Source: Promethearchaeota archaeon (GTDB lineage: Archaea > Asgardarchaeota > Lokiarchaeia > Sigyniarchaeales > SOKP01). Taken from it: 15,388 bases of DNA. Within the stretch, counting starts at the first letter, position 1. Each line of letters starts with the position of its first letter. The DNA lies in contig JBHLNF010000026.1 in NCBI GenBank assembly GCA_048937405.1, positions 1 to 15,388 of the forward strand, read 5' to 3'. This document shows positions 7,096-15,388 of the stretch, one piece after another. A program made the translations under genes and the position numbers. The notes beneath the pieces were generated by a model. The model saw only the letters and a list, made by a program, of their open reading frames with translations, was not told the DNA's origin and did no database searches.

Positions 7096-8073
7096 ATGAG
7101 TAATTATAAAATATTCCTAGATACAGGAACATGTTCATATTGTAATAACATTGGAATAATCAAGAGAAAATATTCAGGTGAAAAACTATGTCCAGAATGT
7201 TTTCAAAAAAATATTGAAAAAAACATCTATAAGACTATTTCCAAGTATAAAATGCTAAAAACTAATGATAATATTATTGTTGCTCTCTCTGGAGGGAAAG
7301 ATTCAATTACCTTACTCTATAATTTAAAAATCATACAAAATCGAACATATAACTCTAAACCAATAATAGCTTTAATTATAGATGAGGGAATAAAAAATTA
7401 TCGAGAAAATAGTATTAAAAAAGCCAAAAATTTCTGCTCAAAATATAATATTGAATATAAAGTCAGTTCATTTAAAGATAAAATAGGAAAAACATTAGAC
7501 GAGATAATTGAATTAAAAAAGGATTCTTCAGATTATAAATATGCATGCAATTATTGTGCTACTATAAGAAGAAGACTATTAAATGATGGTGCAAAAGAAT
7601 TAAATGGAACTGTTTTAGCAATGGGACATAATCTCACTGATTTCGCTGAAACTTATCTAATGAATATCCTCTATAAACGTTTGGATATAATAGCAAATCA
7701 ATATTTTTTTAAGGAAGAGAATAATAAAATAGACCAATTTTATATAAAAAAAATCTCACCGTTAATAAGAATCCCTGAAGAAGAAATTTTTTTATATGCA
7801 AATATAAAACAATTAGATTATTATCCTTCTCACTGTCCTTATAGAGAAAAAGATCCAATTATCAGAAAAAGAGTTTTGGATTTCATTCAAGACTGTAGAG
7901 AATATAGTCCAGAATTAGAATTCAACCTATTTAATGGTTTTTTAGAATTATCTAAAACATTATATTATCATAGAGAAAAAAAGAATTACAATTTATGTCA
8001 AAAATGTGGTTATCCTTGTGGAAATGGAAACATTTGTACTTATTGTAGTTATTTTCAAGAATTTTCTCACTAA
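7096..8073 (+). CDS. tRNA 2-thiolation protein, Ncs6/CTU1/TtuA family (TIGR00269-like)
   Basis: PP-loop SGGKDS, DEGI..YR, CNYCATIRRRLL, GHNLTD, CPY, and N- and C-terminal CxxC zinc fingers. Confidence 0.93.
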   Translation: MSNYKIFLDTGTCSYCNNIGIIKRKYSGEKLCPECFQKNIEKNIYKTISKYKMLKTNDNIIVALSGGKDSITLLYNLKIIQNRTYNSKPIIALIIDEGIKNYRENSIKKAKNFCSKYNIEYKVSSFKDKIGKTLDEIIELKKDSSDYKYACNYCATIRRRLLNDGAKELNGTVLAMGHNLTDFAETYLMNILYKRLDIIANQYFFKEENNKIDQFYIKKISPLIRIPEEEIFLYANIKQLDYYPSHCPYREKDPIIRKRVLDFIQDCREYSPELEFNLFNGFLELSKTLYYHREKKNYNLCQKCGYPCGNGNICTYCSYFQEFSH

Positions 8074-8075
8074 TA

Positions 8076-9059
8076 TTATGTAATCAAATATTCTCCCATT
8101 TCTTTTAATTTATCATATTCTCTTATTTCTTCCTTAAATAATGGAACTTCAATCAAATTCTTATGCAATTTTTCACCAAATATTTCCCTTATCTTTTTTA
8201 GATTTCTATTTTGCATTTCTCGCCTACTTTTACAAAAATCACATAATTCAGTAGAGTCTTGGTATAATTGATTTACAACAATATTAGAAACAGGGATATC
8301 ATATTTAATTAATTCATTAAGTAGTCGACCAGTTTCCAATATTGCCATTTCTTCTGGTATCATAACGACAACAAATGAATTTTTTACTGGATTTGTTAAA
8401 TCTTCTCTTGCATTTAATATCGATAGATTCAACCTTTCTAACATTTCCAAAGAATTATCAGCTTTCTTCTCTTCTCGAGTGAACATCCTCTTTAGAGCAC
8501 CAAACATTTTTCCTAATTTCACTCTCATTTTTATAAGCTTACCAATCCATCCAGATAAAGTCTCTGGGAGTCCTAAAAACCTTAATGTGTGCCCTGTAGG
8601 GGCAGTATCAAAGATCACTAAATCATAATCGTGTTCTGTCTCAATAAACTCTAAAATCTTACCAAAAGCTAATGCTTCATCAATTCCTGGAGGATTCATT
8701 GAGGTTAAGTCTCCCAAATCACCTAATAAAGGCATTCCTCCCATCATATCTCCCATTCCCATATCTTCTAAAGGATTTATTTCAGTTAATCCTTGAAATT
8801 CTTCCATCTTAGCTTTTGGATTAATTTCTAAAGCAGTTAAATTTTTTATACCTTCTATTGGAGTTGGAATACCTGGTTCTAATTCAAATCCAAGACTATC
8901 TCCCAATGAATGAGCTGGATCAGTACTAATTATTAATGTATTTCTTCCTTGTTCCGCTGCCCATATTGCTGAACTTGCTGCACAGCTAGTCTTTCCAACT
9001 CCACCTTTCCCACCAAACATTACAATTTTTAAGTTTAATAACAAATGTCTCAATTCCAT
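8076..9059 (-). CDS. Get3/TRC40/ArsA-family ATPase (single domain, Get3-like)
   Basis: GGKGGVGKT, STDPAHSL, PGIDEA, DTAPTGHTLRFL, a Met-rich helical region, and C-terminal CDFC..RREMQ. Confidence 0.93.
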   Translation of the reverse strand: MELRHLLLNLKIVMFGGKGGVGKTSCAASSAIWAAEQGRNTLIISTDPAHSLGDSLGFELEPGIPTPIEGIKNLTALEINPKAKMEEFQGLTEINPLEDMGMGDMMGGMPLLGDLGDLTSMNPPGIDEALAFGKILEFIETEHDYDLVIFDTAPTGHTLRFLGLPETLSGWIGKLIKMRVKLGKMFGALKRMFTREEKKADNSLEMLERLNLSILNAREDLTNPVKNSFVVVMIPEEMAILETGRLLNELIKYDIPVSNIVVNQLYQDSTELCDFCKSRREMQNRNLKKIREIFGEKLHKNLIEVPLFKEEIREYDKLKEMGEYLIT

Positions 9060-9112
9060 TTTTAAATCTAAACCTCTTTCATAATTTGATGAAATCTGGA
9101 TTCAATTCTATA

Positions 9113-10393
9113 TTAATATTCAATTTTATAACGAAGAATTGCTGCTATTCCTCCAAAAGTACTATATAACATCTCTCCTTCTTCTGTTTCTGCTGATAAA
9201 ATATCAACAGAAGTTCCTGTTGCCTCAGCAATCTCCCCTAATTCTTCAATTATTGATTTTTCTTCAATTATATTAAATGTATTGGAAGTACACTCAGGAC
9301 AAGATTCACTTTGAATGTATGTTTTTAATTCATGAAGATCGTTTTCTTTAGTTGTTCTTGCTTCCACATAACCACAATTCGAACATTTTAATTTAATGTG
9401 ATAAGTATCCAATTTTTCTGAAAGAATTAAAGTATCAACAGCTCCATAGTTTAAAGCTTTTTGTATATCATCTAATCCATAGGAAGCTAAACCTGAATCA
9501 ATAGATATTTCTTTTAAAAAATTTTGCATAATTTGTTTTTCTCGTATATATTTTACATCCTCTATCTTATCCTTAACCTTTTCTATAAGTGCTCGAATAC
9601 CTTCAGTACCTCCATACCCAAGATCCACCACATCCATAATTTTTTCTCGTAATCTATAATCTAAACTCTCGTCATTAGCAAATTTTTCTTTAGATTGACC
9701 TGGACCACCGATAAAAATACCCTGAAGATCTTCCATAGGAAGGAAAAGTTCATTTACAGTATCCGAAATTCTTCGATAAAAAAGTTTCTCTCCTTCTTCA
9801 ATTAATCTTTCAAACCGTCTTTGAGATTGACCTCCGGCTCTATGTTTACTATGAATTCCAGATGTAAACTCTCTAATTATTTCTACTTTATTTCCTTTAA
9901 TATATCCTACAGCAGATTCTTTCCTACCAATAACTAATAATCCATAAGACTCTTTCGAGGTAAGCATTTCTTCCAATGGCCATAATAAAAACTCACTAGC
10001 GCAATGGTACCTAAATGTTACTACTCTATCAGGAGGTTCGACAATATACAACTCATTTTTTTCAGTACCAGGTGTATTGCTTTGAGGAATTGCTCCTGAA
10101 AACATAACTAATCCATTTTCAGGTACATCTTTAATATTTTTTAATTGACCTAAAAGACTGGAGATACTATCTAATACATTCTTTCGAGTTAATTTCGATT
10201 TTATATTCTGACTTTCACTAATTTCGTTTTTTAGATGATTAGTTACATCCGAAATTTTTCTGTCATGAGGAATGTATACAGAAATCAATTCAGTATGAAA
10301 TCCTCTCTTACTTTTAAGATTTTCTAACAATTGTTTTATTTTATATATACTTAAATCATTAGGCTTCTTTTTCACATCAGAACTCATAAACAT
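9113..10393 (-). CDS. prf1: Peptide chain release factor aRF1
   Basis: TELISVYIP, NIKS, YHCASEF (YxCxxxF), GGQS and C-terminal GGIAAILRY, with a CSNC/CPEC zinc mini-domain. Start at 10393 or 10387. Confidence 0.97.
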   Translation of the reverse strand: MFMSSDVKKKPNDLSIYKIKQLLENLKSKRGFHTELISVYIPHDRKISDVTNHLKNEISESQNIKSKLTRKNVLDSISSLLGQLKNIKDVPENGLVMFSGAIPQSNTPGTEKNELYIVEPPDRVVTFRYHCASEFLLWPLEEMLTSKESYGLLVIGRKESAVGYIKGNKVEIIREFTSGIHSKHRAGGQSQRRFERLIEEGEKLFYRRISDTVNELFLPMEDLQGIFIGGPGQSKEKFANDESLDYRLREKIMDVVDLGYGGTEGIRALIEKVKDKIEDVKYIREKQIMQNFLKEISIDSGLASYGLDDIQKALNYGAVDTLILSEKLDTYHIKLKCSNCGYVEARTTKENDLHELKTYIQSESCPECTSNTFNIIEEKSIIEELGEIAEATGTSVDILSAETEEGEMLYSTFGGIAAILRYKIEY

Positions 10394-10431
10394 CTACAAA
10401 ATTTAAAAATTATGCAAAAGATTAATAGTTT

Positions 10432-10457
10432 TTCTTTATATCAATCTATATAAAGAA
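10432..10457. promoter_or_regulatory. Inverted repeat forming opposed TATA boxes between the divergent aRF1 and pps genes
   Basis: TTCTTTATAT-caatct-ATATAAAGAA is a perfect 10-bp inverted repeat; each arm contains TTTATAT. Confidence 0.55.
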
Positions 10458-10481
10458 CAATATAAAAGGATTTGAAATAAT

Positions 10482-11279
10482 TTGACTCCGAATGAAACCC
10501 AAGATCATTCCGTCCCTAAATCCCACCCCCGCTATGAAAGTTTAAAATATCGTCATAAAATTATCGAAAATATGAAGAATCTCGTGGTTGCCGAAGCGGG
10601 GTTGATAGCACATGGGAGAGGTGAATGTTTTGACTATATTTTAGGTGAAAAAACATTAGATTCTGCAAAAAAAGCTATTAAAGCAGCTGTAGCTGCTTTA
10701 TTAATTGCTAAAAATCCTGTTATCAGTGTAAACGGAAATGTTGCAGCATTAGTTTCTGAAGAACTTGTAAAATTATCAAAAGATTTAAATGTTCCTCTTG
10801 AAATAAATTTATTTTATCAAAAAGAAGGGAGAATTGAAGCAATTAAAAATGTTTTACTTAACGCAGGAGCTACCAAAATTTATGGTGTTGATATCAAAAA
10901 TATGTCTGAACTTGAAGGTATTGAGAGTAATAGAAGAAAAGTAGAATTAATTGCTAAAGCAGATTTAGTTATGGTTCCATTAGAAGACGGCGACAGAACT
11001 GAAGCTTTGAAGAAATTAAATAAAAAAGTTATTGCAATTGATTTAAATCCATTGAGTAGAACAGCATTATGGGCAGACATTACCATTGTTGATAATATCA
11101 TACGAGTGATACCAGAAATGATAAAGTTCGCGAAAAAATTAAAAAAATTAAATCCAACACAATTAAGTAATATAGTTGAAAGTTTTGACAACAAAATTAA
11201 TATTCAAAACACATTAGAGCAAATTATTAGATATCTTGAAATTCAAAAAACAGAAGCTTTTGAAATTGTAAAAATTTAA
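10482..11279 (+). CDS. pps: 4-phosphopantoate--beta-alanine ligase (phosphopantothenate synthetase)
   Basis: VPKSHPRYESL, GLIAHGRGECFDYILGE, SVNGNVAAL, VPLEDGDRTEAL, IDLNPLSRTA and IVDNIIR. TTG start. Confidence 0.95.
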   Translation: MTPNETQDHSVPKSHPRYESLKYRHKIIENMKNLVVAEAGLIAHGRGECFDYILGEKTLDSAKKAIKAAVAALLIAKNPVISVNGNVAALVSEELVKLSKDLNVPLEINLFYQKEGRIEAIKNVLLNAGATKIYGVDIKNMSELEGIESNRRKVELIAKADLVMVPLEDGDRTEALKKLNKKVIAIDLNPLSRTALWADITIVDNIIRVIPEMIKFAKKLKKLNPTQLSNIVESFDNKINIQNTLEQIIRYLEIQKTEAFEIVKI

Positions 11280-11383
11280 TTATTACTGACTTTTTAATTC
11301 ATAAAAACTTAAAAGTATCAAATCCTATATTCCATATATCGATATTGTTATTTTCATTTCAAAATTCTAAAACCAAGATCTCG

Positions 11384-11908
11384 ATGACCACAAATAAAGA
11401 AAAAGAGACAAAAGTCTTCGATGTTGTTAAAACAGAGCAAGAATTTTTGATAAGAAAATGTACTTTAGATGATTTAGATGAGGTAATTGAAGTAAATGAA
11501 AGAGAATTACCTGAAGATTATCCCTATTTTTTCTATAAAAGCATTCTAGATAGTTTTCCAGAAAGTTTTTTAGTAGCCGTGAATAAAAATGGAAAGATCA
11601 TAGCATATATCATGTGGAGAGTTGAAAAGGCTCCATCTATAAACAGTTTAAAATATGAAAATAAAGCCCATCTCGTTTCAATAGCCGTGTCTGAAGGGTA
11701 TAGACGAAGAGGTATTGCGACTACTATGCTATCACTTAGCATGAAAGCAATAAAAAAACACAAAATTCAAGAGTATGTTTTAGAAGTCAGAGTTTCTAAT
11801 TACTCAGCAATTAAATTATATGAAAAATTTAATTACAATATAACGACTATTAAGAAGAATTATTATCGTGATGGAGAAAATGCATATTTTATGACTTTAG
11901 CAGCCTAA
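11384..11908 (+). CDS. Ard1/Naa10-like (RimI-family) N-terminal acetyltransferase
   Basis: NERELPEDYPYFFY, HLVSIAV..YRRRGIA, LEVRVSNYSAIKLY and YYRDGENAYFM. Start placed at ATG 11384. Confidence 0.92.
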   Translation: MTTNKEKETKVFDVVKTEQEFLIRKCTLDDLDEVIEVNERELPEDYPYFFYKSILDSFPESFLVAVNKNGKIIAYIMWRVEKAPSINSLKYENKAHLVSIAVSEGYRRRGIATTMLSLSMKAIKKHKIQEYVLEVRVSNYSAIKLYEKFNYNITTIKKNYYRDGENAYFMTLAA

Positions 11909-12912
11909 ATTTGTGAATTCTCTAATCCTTTAATTAAATAAGTTAGCATTTCATTAACAGGTACCTTCATTCCCAATTCTACAGCATATTTCAAGATTCT
12001 ACCGTTTATGAAATCAATTTCAGTAGCTTTTTTATTCAAGATATCTTGCAGCATTGAATTCTTATTATCTGCTGTGTTTTCTGCTACATTACAAGCTATT
12101 GAGAAATAATCCTTTTCAGGAAGCTTAATATCTTTTTTTTTTGCAACTTGGATTGCTTCCATTATCGCTTGTTTTAATAAATACTTTAATTTATCGTTTT
12201 TCAGTAATTCCCCATTAGGTAATCGCGTTAGAGCCCCGAGTGCATTGATTCCTGTATTCACAAAAACTTTTTCCCAACTTTCCATAATAATATCATTTAC
12301 TATAACTGTATGGAAACCAGCTAAATTCAAAATGTCTTTTAATAATTTCAAATTTGACTCTGATTTAGTGAATTGTTCTGAGCTTGAATTAGATTCGTTA
12401 TGATATGGAAATCCGATCTTCGTTATTCCTTTACCTGTGTGATAAAGATGACCCGGTTTGCTGAGTAATGCTCCATTAGAAGTAACTGCTCTTATAATTT
12501 TTGACCTATCATAGTATTTTGTAGCAAGATCCTCATTTCCAATTCCGTTTTGCAATATTACTAAATAATTACTCACATTAATTAGATCCTTATACTGAGT
12601 TAAAGCCTTTTCACTATCATAAGTCTTCGTTGTAAGAAACATATAATCGAATTTGAAAGAAGGATTATTCTTTATATCTTCTTTGAGAAACTTCTCATTT
12701 TCATAAGCAACTATATTTTTAACTACTATGATATCTTGATCTTTATAGATTTTTAACCCTTTTCTATTGATTATGTCAATTTTTGGGTCAATATTGAAAA
12801 ATATCACTTCTATTGAATAAATATCAGATTGAACATTAGCTAAATATCCTCCAAATAAACTACCTATTGATCCAGCCCCAATAAAACCAATTCTTAGGTT
12901 TTGTTTAGTCAA
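11905..12912 (-). CDS. panE: Ketopantoate (2-dehydropantoate) reductase
   Basis: GAGSIG Rossmann motif, TTKTYD, LQNGIGNE, WEKVFVNTGINAL, NSMLQD and TEIDFING. Overlaps the convergent acetyltransferase stop by 4 nt. TTG start. Confidence 0.94.
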   Translation of the reverse strand: MTKQNLRIGFIGAGSIGSLFGGYLANVQSDIYSIEVIFFNIDPKIDIINRKGLKIYKDQDIIVVKNIVAYENEKFLKEDIKNNPSFKFDYMFLTTKTYDSEKALTQYKDLINVSNYLVILQNGIGNEDLATKYYDRSKIIRAVTSNGALLSKPGHLYHTGKGITKIGFPYHNESNSSSEQFTKSESNLKLLKDILNLAGFHTVIVNDIIMESWEKVFVNTGINALGALTRLPNGELLKNDKLKYLLKQAIMEAIQVAKKKDIKLPEKDYFSIACNVAENTADNKNSMLQDILNKKATEIDFINGRILKYAVELGMKVPVNEMLTYLIKGLENSQI

Positions 12913-12934
12913 AATTTATTAAGTCTTATGTAAT

Positions 12935-13807
12935 TTATTTTATAAATTTATCCAAACTCATTTGATCTTTTGAAAATTCTCCTGATTTTTTCTTAATATC
13001 TAAAATTTTTACATCTTCTGGTGTATGCCTAGGGAGTACATTTAATTCCTTCATAAGCATTAATGAATTTTTAGTTGCATATCCCGAAAAGTGATTATTA
13101 AAATAAACACCAACTCGATCTGCTTTCTGAATAACTTCTCTAATTGGAGAAACCCATTTTTTTATTTCTTCCTCAGAAAAACAATAATCAAACCAGATCT
13201 TTTTACCATATCCATGGAACCTAATATACGCTAAAGTTGGATTTGTAACATCCATCCTTGGAGGTAATAATGGCTCAATAACTGAACAGTATGTTAATGA
13301 TTTTTCAGTTAAAAATTGAAAGACTTCCTCCCCCATCCATGATTCATCTCTAAATTCTACAACCAAACTATAACCATCTCTCTTAGGATTTCCTGGCCAA
13401 TTATCAATAAAATCCATTAAATTTCTAAAATGCTCGTTCCTTTTAAAAAAAGGTGGTAATTGAATTAATAATGCTAATAATTTTTTCGATATAATTAATG
13501 GTTCCATTGCGTTCAAAAAATGATTTAAATCCACAAAACAATTATTAACATCTAATTTATGCTCATGTGTTATTGATTGAGGTAATTTGGCTGAAAACAA
13601 AAAATCACTAGGGGTTTTATTTACCCAATTTTCCACAATCTTTCGGGGTGGAATATTATAAAAACTGGTATTTATCTCGTTAGTATAAAAAATCTCTGAA
13701 TAATAGACTAAATAATCCTCTTTTTTCAAACTTGAGGGGTAAAAAGGACCAACCCACTCATCGTATCCCCATCCAGAAGTTCCTATTAATACTTTCTTTT
13801 TTGACAT
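12935..13807 (-). CDS. DUF72 (YecE-like) protein with C-terminal PIP-box-like tail
   Basis: IGTSGWGY..W..PFYP, EINTSFY, FSAKLP..ITH, LIQLPP, VEFRDESW, YIRFHG and YFNNH. Tail QMSLDKFIK. Confidence 0.93.
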   Translation of the reverse strand: MSKKKVLIGTSGWGYDEWVGPFYPSSLKKEDYLVYYSEIFYTNEINTSFYNIPPRKIVENWVNKTPSDFLFSAKLPQSITHEHKLDVNNCFVDLNHFLNAMEPLIISKKLLALLIQLPPFFKRNEHFRNLMDFIDNWPGNPKRDGYSLVVEFRDESWMGEEVFQFLTEKSLTYCSVIEPLLPPRMDVTNPTLAYIRFHGYGKKIWFDYCFSEEEIKKWVSPIREVIQKADRVGVYFNNHFSGYATKNSLMLMKELNVLPRHTPEDVKILDIKKKSGEFSKDQMSLDKFIK

Positions 13808-14138
13808 TAGATGATATATGTCCTAATCAATCCACATTCTTTTCAAAATTTGATATGGGTATAATGAATAATTTACAGTATTCATAAATAAACTATAAAA
13901 GTTACTGTATTTTCTAATTTGTATTATCATTAAATTCTCCCTCTCCTTACTAACAATCATTTTTAAAGACTTAATCAAATTAACTCAAAGCCATCGTTTT
14001 ACATTTTAAAATTTATGATATTAGACCATAAAATTTTTAATTAAGTATTTACTCTAATATTTCGTCGATGGTAATTTTACAATCGATAATTATTGGTGAT
14101 AAAATATCTCATCATATATAGATGACATACACCTTTAA

Positions 14139-14306
14139 TTGGCAACGCCTCGTGGAAGTACATCTCATAAGGCGAAACATGCGAGAATTTGATGGCAAAG
14201 ACAACAAGATGAAAGAAAATCGTTTGTGCTGCGCATGGAATACCCTATGAATGAAGTGATACAGGAAACGATGTGCTACGCCAAGCATGAAAATCATGCT
14301 CATAGG
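14139..14306 (+). ncRNA. Structured non-coding segment, probably the 5' external transcribed spacer of the 23S gene
   Basis: Higher GC than its flanks, with stems CGCCT/AGGCG, CATGCG/CGCATG, CCTATGA/TCATAGG and GCATGA/TCATGC. No credible ORF. Strand is inferred from the 23S orientation. Confidence 0.5.
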
Positions 14307-14459
14307 AACATACTCCCTATTAATATTATGTCTTCTTATTATCGTCTCAAATCGTCATTAATGAAATTAAGCATTCACTAAAAAGAATCTTAATTGAATT
14401 ATCGACTCCGAATACGCTACCCTTATGCAAGCAATCTGAATCTTTCCTTAATTAGACGC

Positions 14460-15388
14460 CAAAACGCCTCCGCTATTTGGTGGATATCTTGGCTTGGGCA
14501 CCGATGAAGAGCGTGACAAGCTGCGATAAGCTCGGGTTAGTCGCAAGAAGACGCTGACCCCGAGATTCTCGAATAGGACATCCGCTTGCGGCCCAATAAT
14601 CCGCAAGATTCCCGGCAGGGAAGGGGAACCCTGGGAAGTAAAACATTTTAGTACCAGGAGGAAAAGAAAACAATAGTGATTCCGTAAGTAACGGCGAGCG
14701 AAAGCGGAACAGATCAAACCGAATCCCTAGGGAAACCTATGGGAAATGTGGTGTGTGGGCCTTGTACGGCCTCTCTAGAGAAGATGAATACCTCTGGAAT
14801 GCTGAGCCATAGAGCGTGATAGCCGCGTAATTATAATCTAGATGGCTGCTGCAAGAGTCCCCGAGTAGTGCGGGATGGTTTTCTCGTACGAATATACCAG
14901 ATACACGCTGGTAAATCTAAATATGTCCCAAGACCGATAGCGCAATAGTAGTGTGAACAAAAGATGAAAAGTAACCCGGAAGGGCTGTGAAAAGTGCTTG
15001 AAACCAAATAGCTTATTAAGGATGCAGCCTGAAAGGACAGATTCTGCATGAATGAGTTCTGGTGACAGAATATCAGAATACAGAGGACTAGGGTCGCATC
15101 ATCAGTCTGGAATCATTGGCCAGGGAGTTTATAGTAGTGGCAAGCTTAAGCGTCTTGCGGCGCGTAGGCATAGGGAAACCAATATTTTTGCAATCTAATT
15201 ATCACATTAGGAAGAATTACTCGTCAAAGGAGGGTTCTGCCTTCCTAAACACGTGTAGCTATTCCTTCTAAGGAATTAGACCAGAAAAATGGTCTTAAAG
15301 GGCCAAAAGTCTCTGCTATAATACCCGAAGCCGGTCGATCTATTCCTGGTTAAGATGAAGTCGTTCGAAAGGGCGATGGAGGTCTGCA
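14460..15388 (+). rRNA. rrl: 23S rRNA, 5' portion (5' end approximate; continues beyond window)
   Basis: Conserved LSU motifs in the expected order: GGTGGAT, CGATGAAG..CAAGCTGCGATAAGC, GGGGAAC..GAAGTAAAACAT..AGTACCAGGAGGAAAAGAAA, AGTAACGGCGAGCGAA, GACCGATAGCG, GGGAAACC and ACCCGAAGCCGGTCGATCTA. Confidence 0.98.

Noticed and set aside
599-11763. Short antisense ORFs (599-850, 2794-3048, 3005-3274, 4053-4259, 6277-6468, 6475-6786, 10880-11194, 11533-11763)
   Set aside because: They lie opposite well-supported genes and have the Phe/Ser/Ile-rich composition typical of shadow frames in AT-rich DNA.
13874-13909. TACAGTA-N22-TACTGTA inverted repeat resembling LexA half-sites upstream of DUF72
   Set aside because: Orientation and spacing do not match an SOS box, the context is archaeal, and 7-bp AT-rich arms can arise by chance.
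14244-14306. ATGA-containing stem as a possible SECIS element or C/D-box RNA
   Set aside because: No adjacent gene with an in-frame UGA, no properly opposed GA quartet, and no RUGAUGA/CUGA pair.
14112-15049. Minus-strand ORFs 14112-14303, 14448-14717, 14473-14673 and 14831-15049
   Set aside because: They are antisense to the 23S rRNA or its leader, a common rRNA shadow-ORF artefact.
15021-15100. 80-nt helix 25 (ES7 position) in 23S
   Set aside because: Longer than in bacteria, but an extended H25 of this order is usual in archaea, so it is not counted as supersized.
1-15388. CRISPR arrays, transposases, defence systems
   Set aside because: No regularly spaced repeats or recognisable mobile or defence genes were seen; the window is core genome.

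Overview
AT-rich archaeal housekeeping region. An Asgard/Lokiarchaeia origin is inferred from the gene set, a 23S rRNA gene with no 16S upstream and an oversized ES9-position insertion; it is not proven. In order: 3' end of ftsZ; a small hypothetical gene; a minus-strand translation/ribosome-biogenesis cluster (RPA32-like, aIF-2beta, DUF424, NMD3, RIO1, KH/Dim2); an initiator tRNA-Met gene; an M50 site-2 protease; the Ncs6/TtuA tRNA thiolase; a Get3/ArsA ATPase; aRF1; phosphopantothenate synthetase; an Ard1-type N-acetyltransferase; ketopantoate reductase; DUF72; a structured non-coding leader; and the 5' ~930 nt of 23S rRNA. The strongest signal missing from the ORF track is the initiator tRNA-Met(CAU) at 4885-5051 (minus strand). 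It is interrupted by three BHB-type introns (37/38, 46/47, 59/60), has 9- and 13-nt internal exons, and its splice structures partly exclude each other. Other highlights are a DUF72 protein ending in a PCNA-binding PIP-box-like motif, a ~110-nt branched ES9 expansion in 23S, and an extra soluble domain in the site-2 protease. All RNA structures were paired by eye; no searches or folding programs were run.
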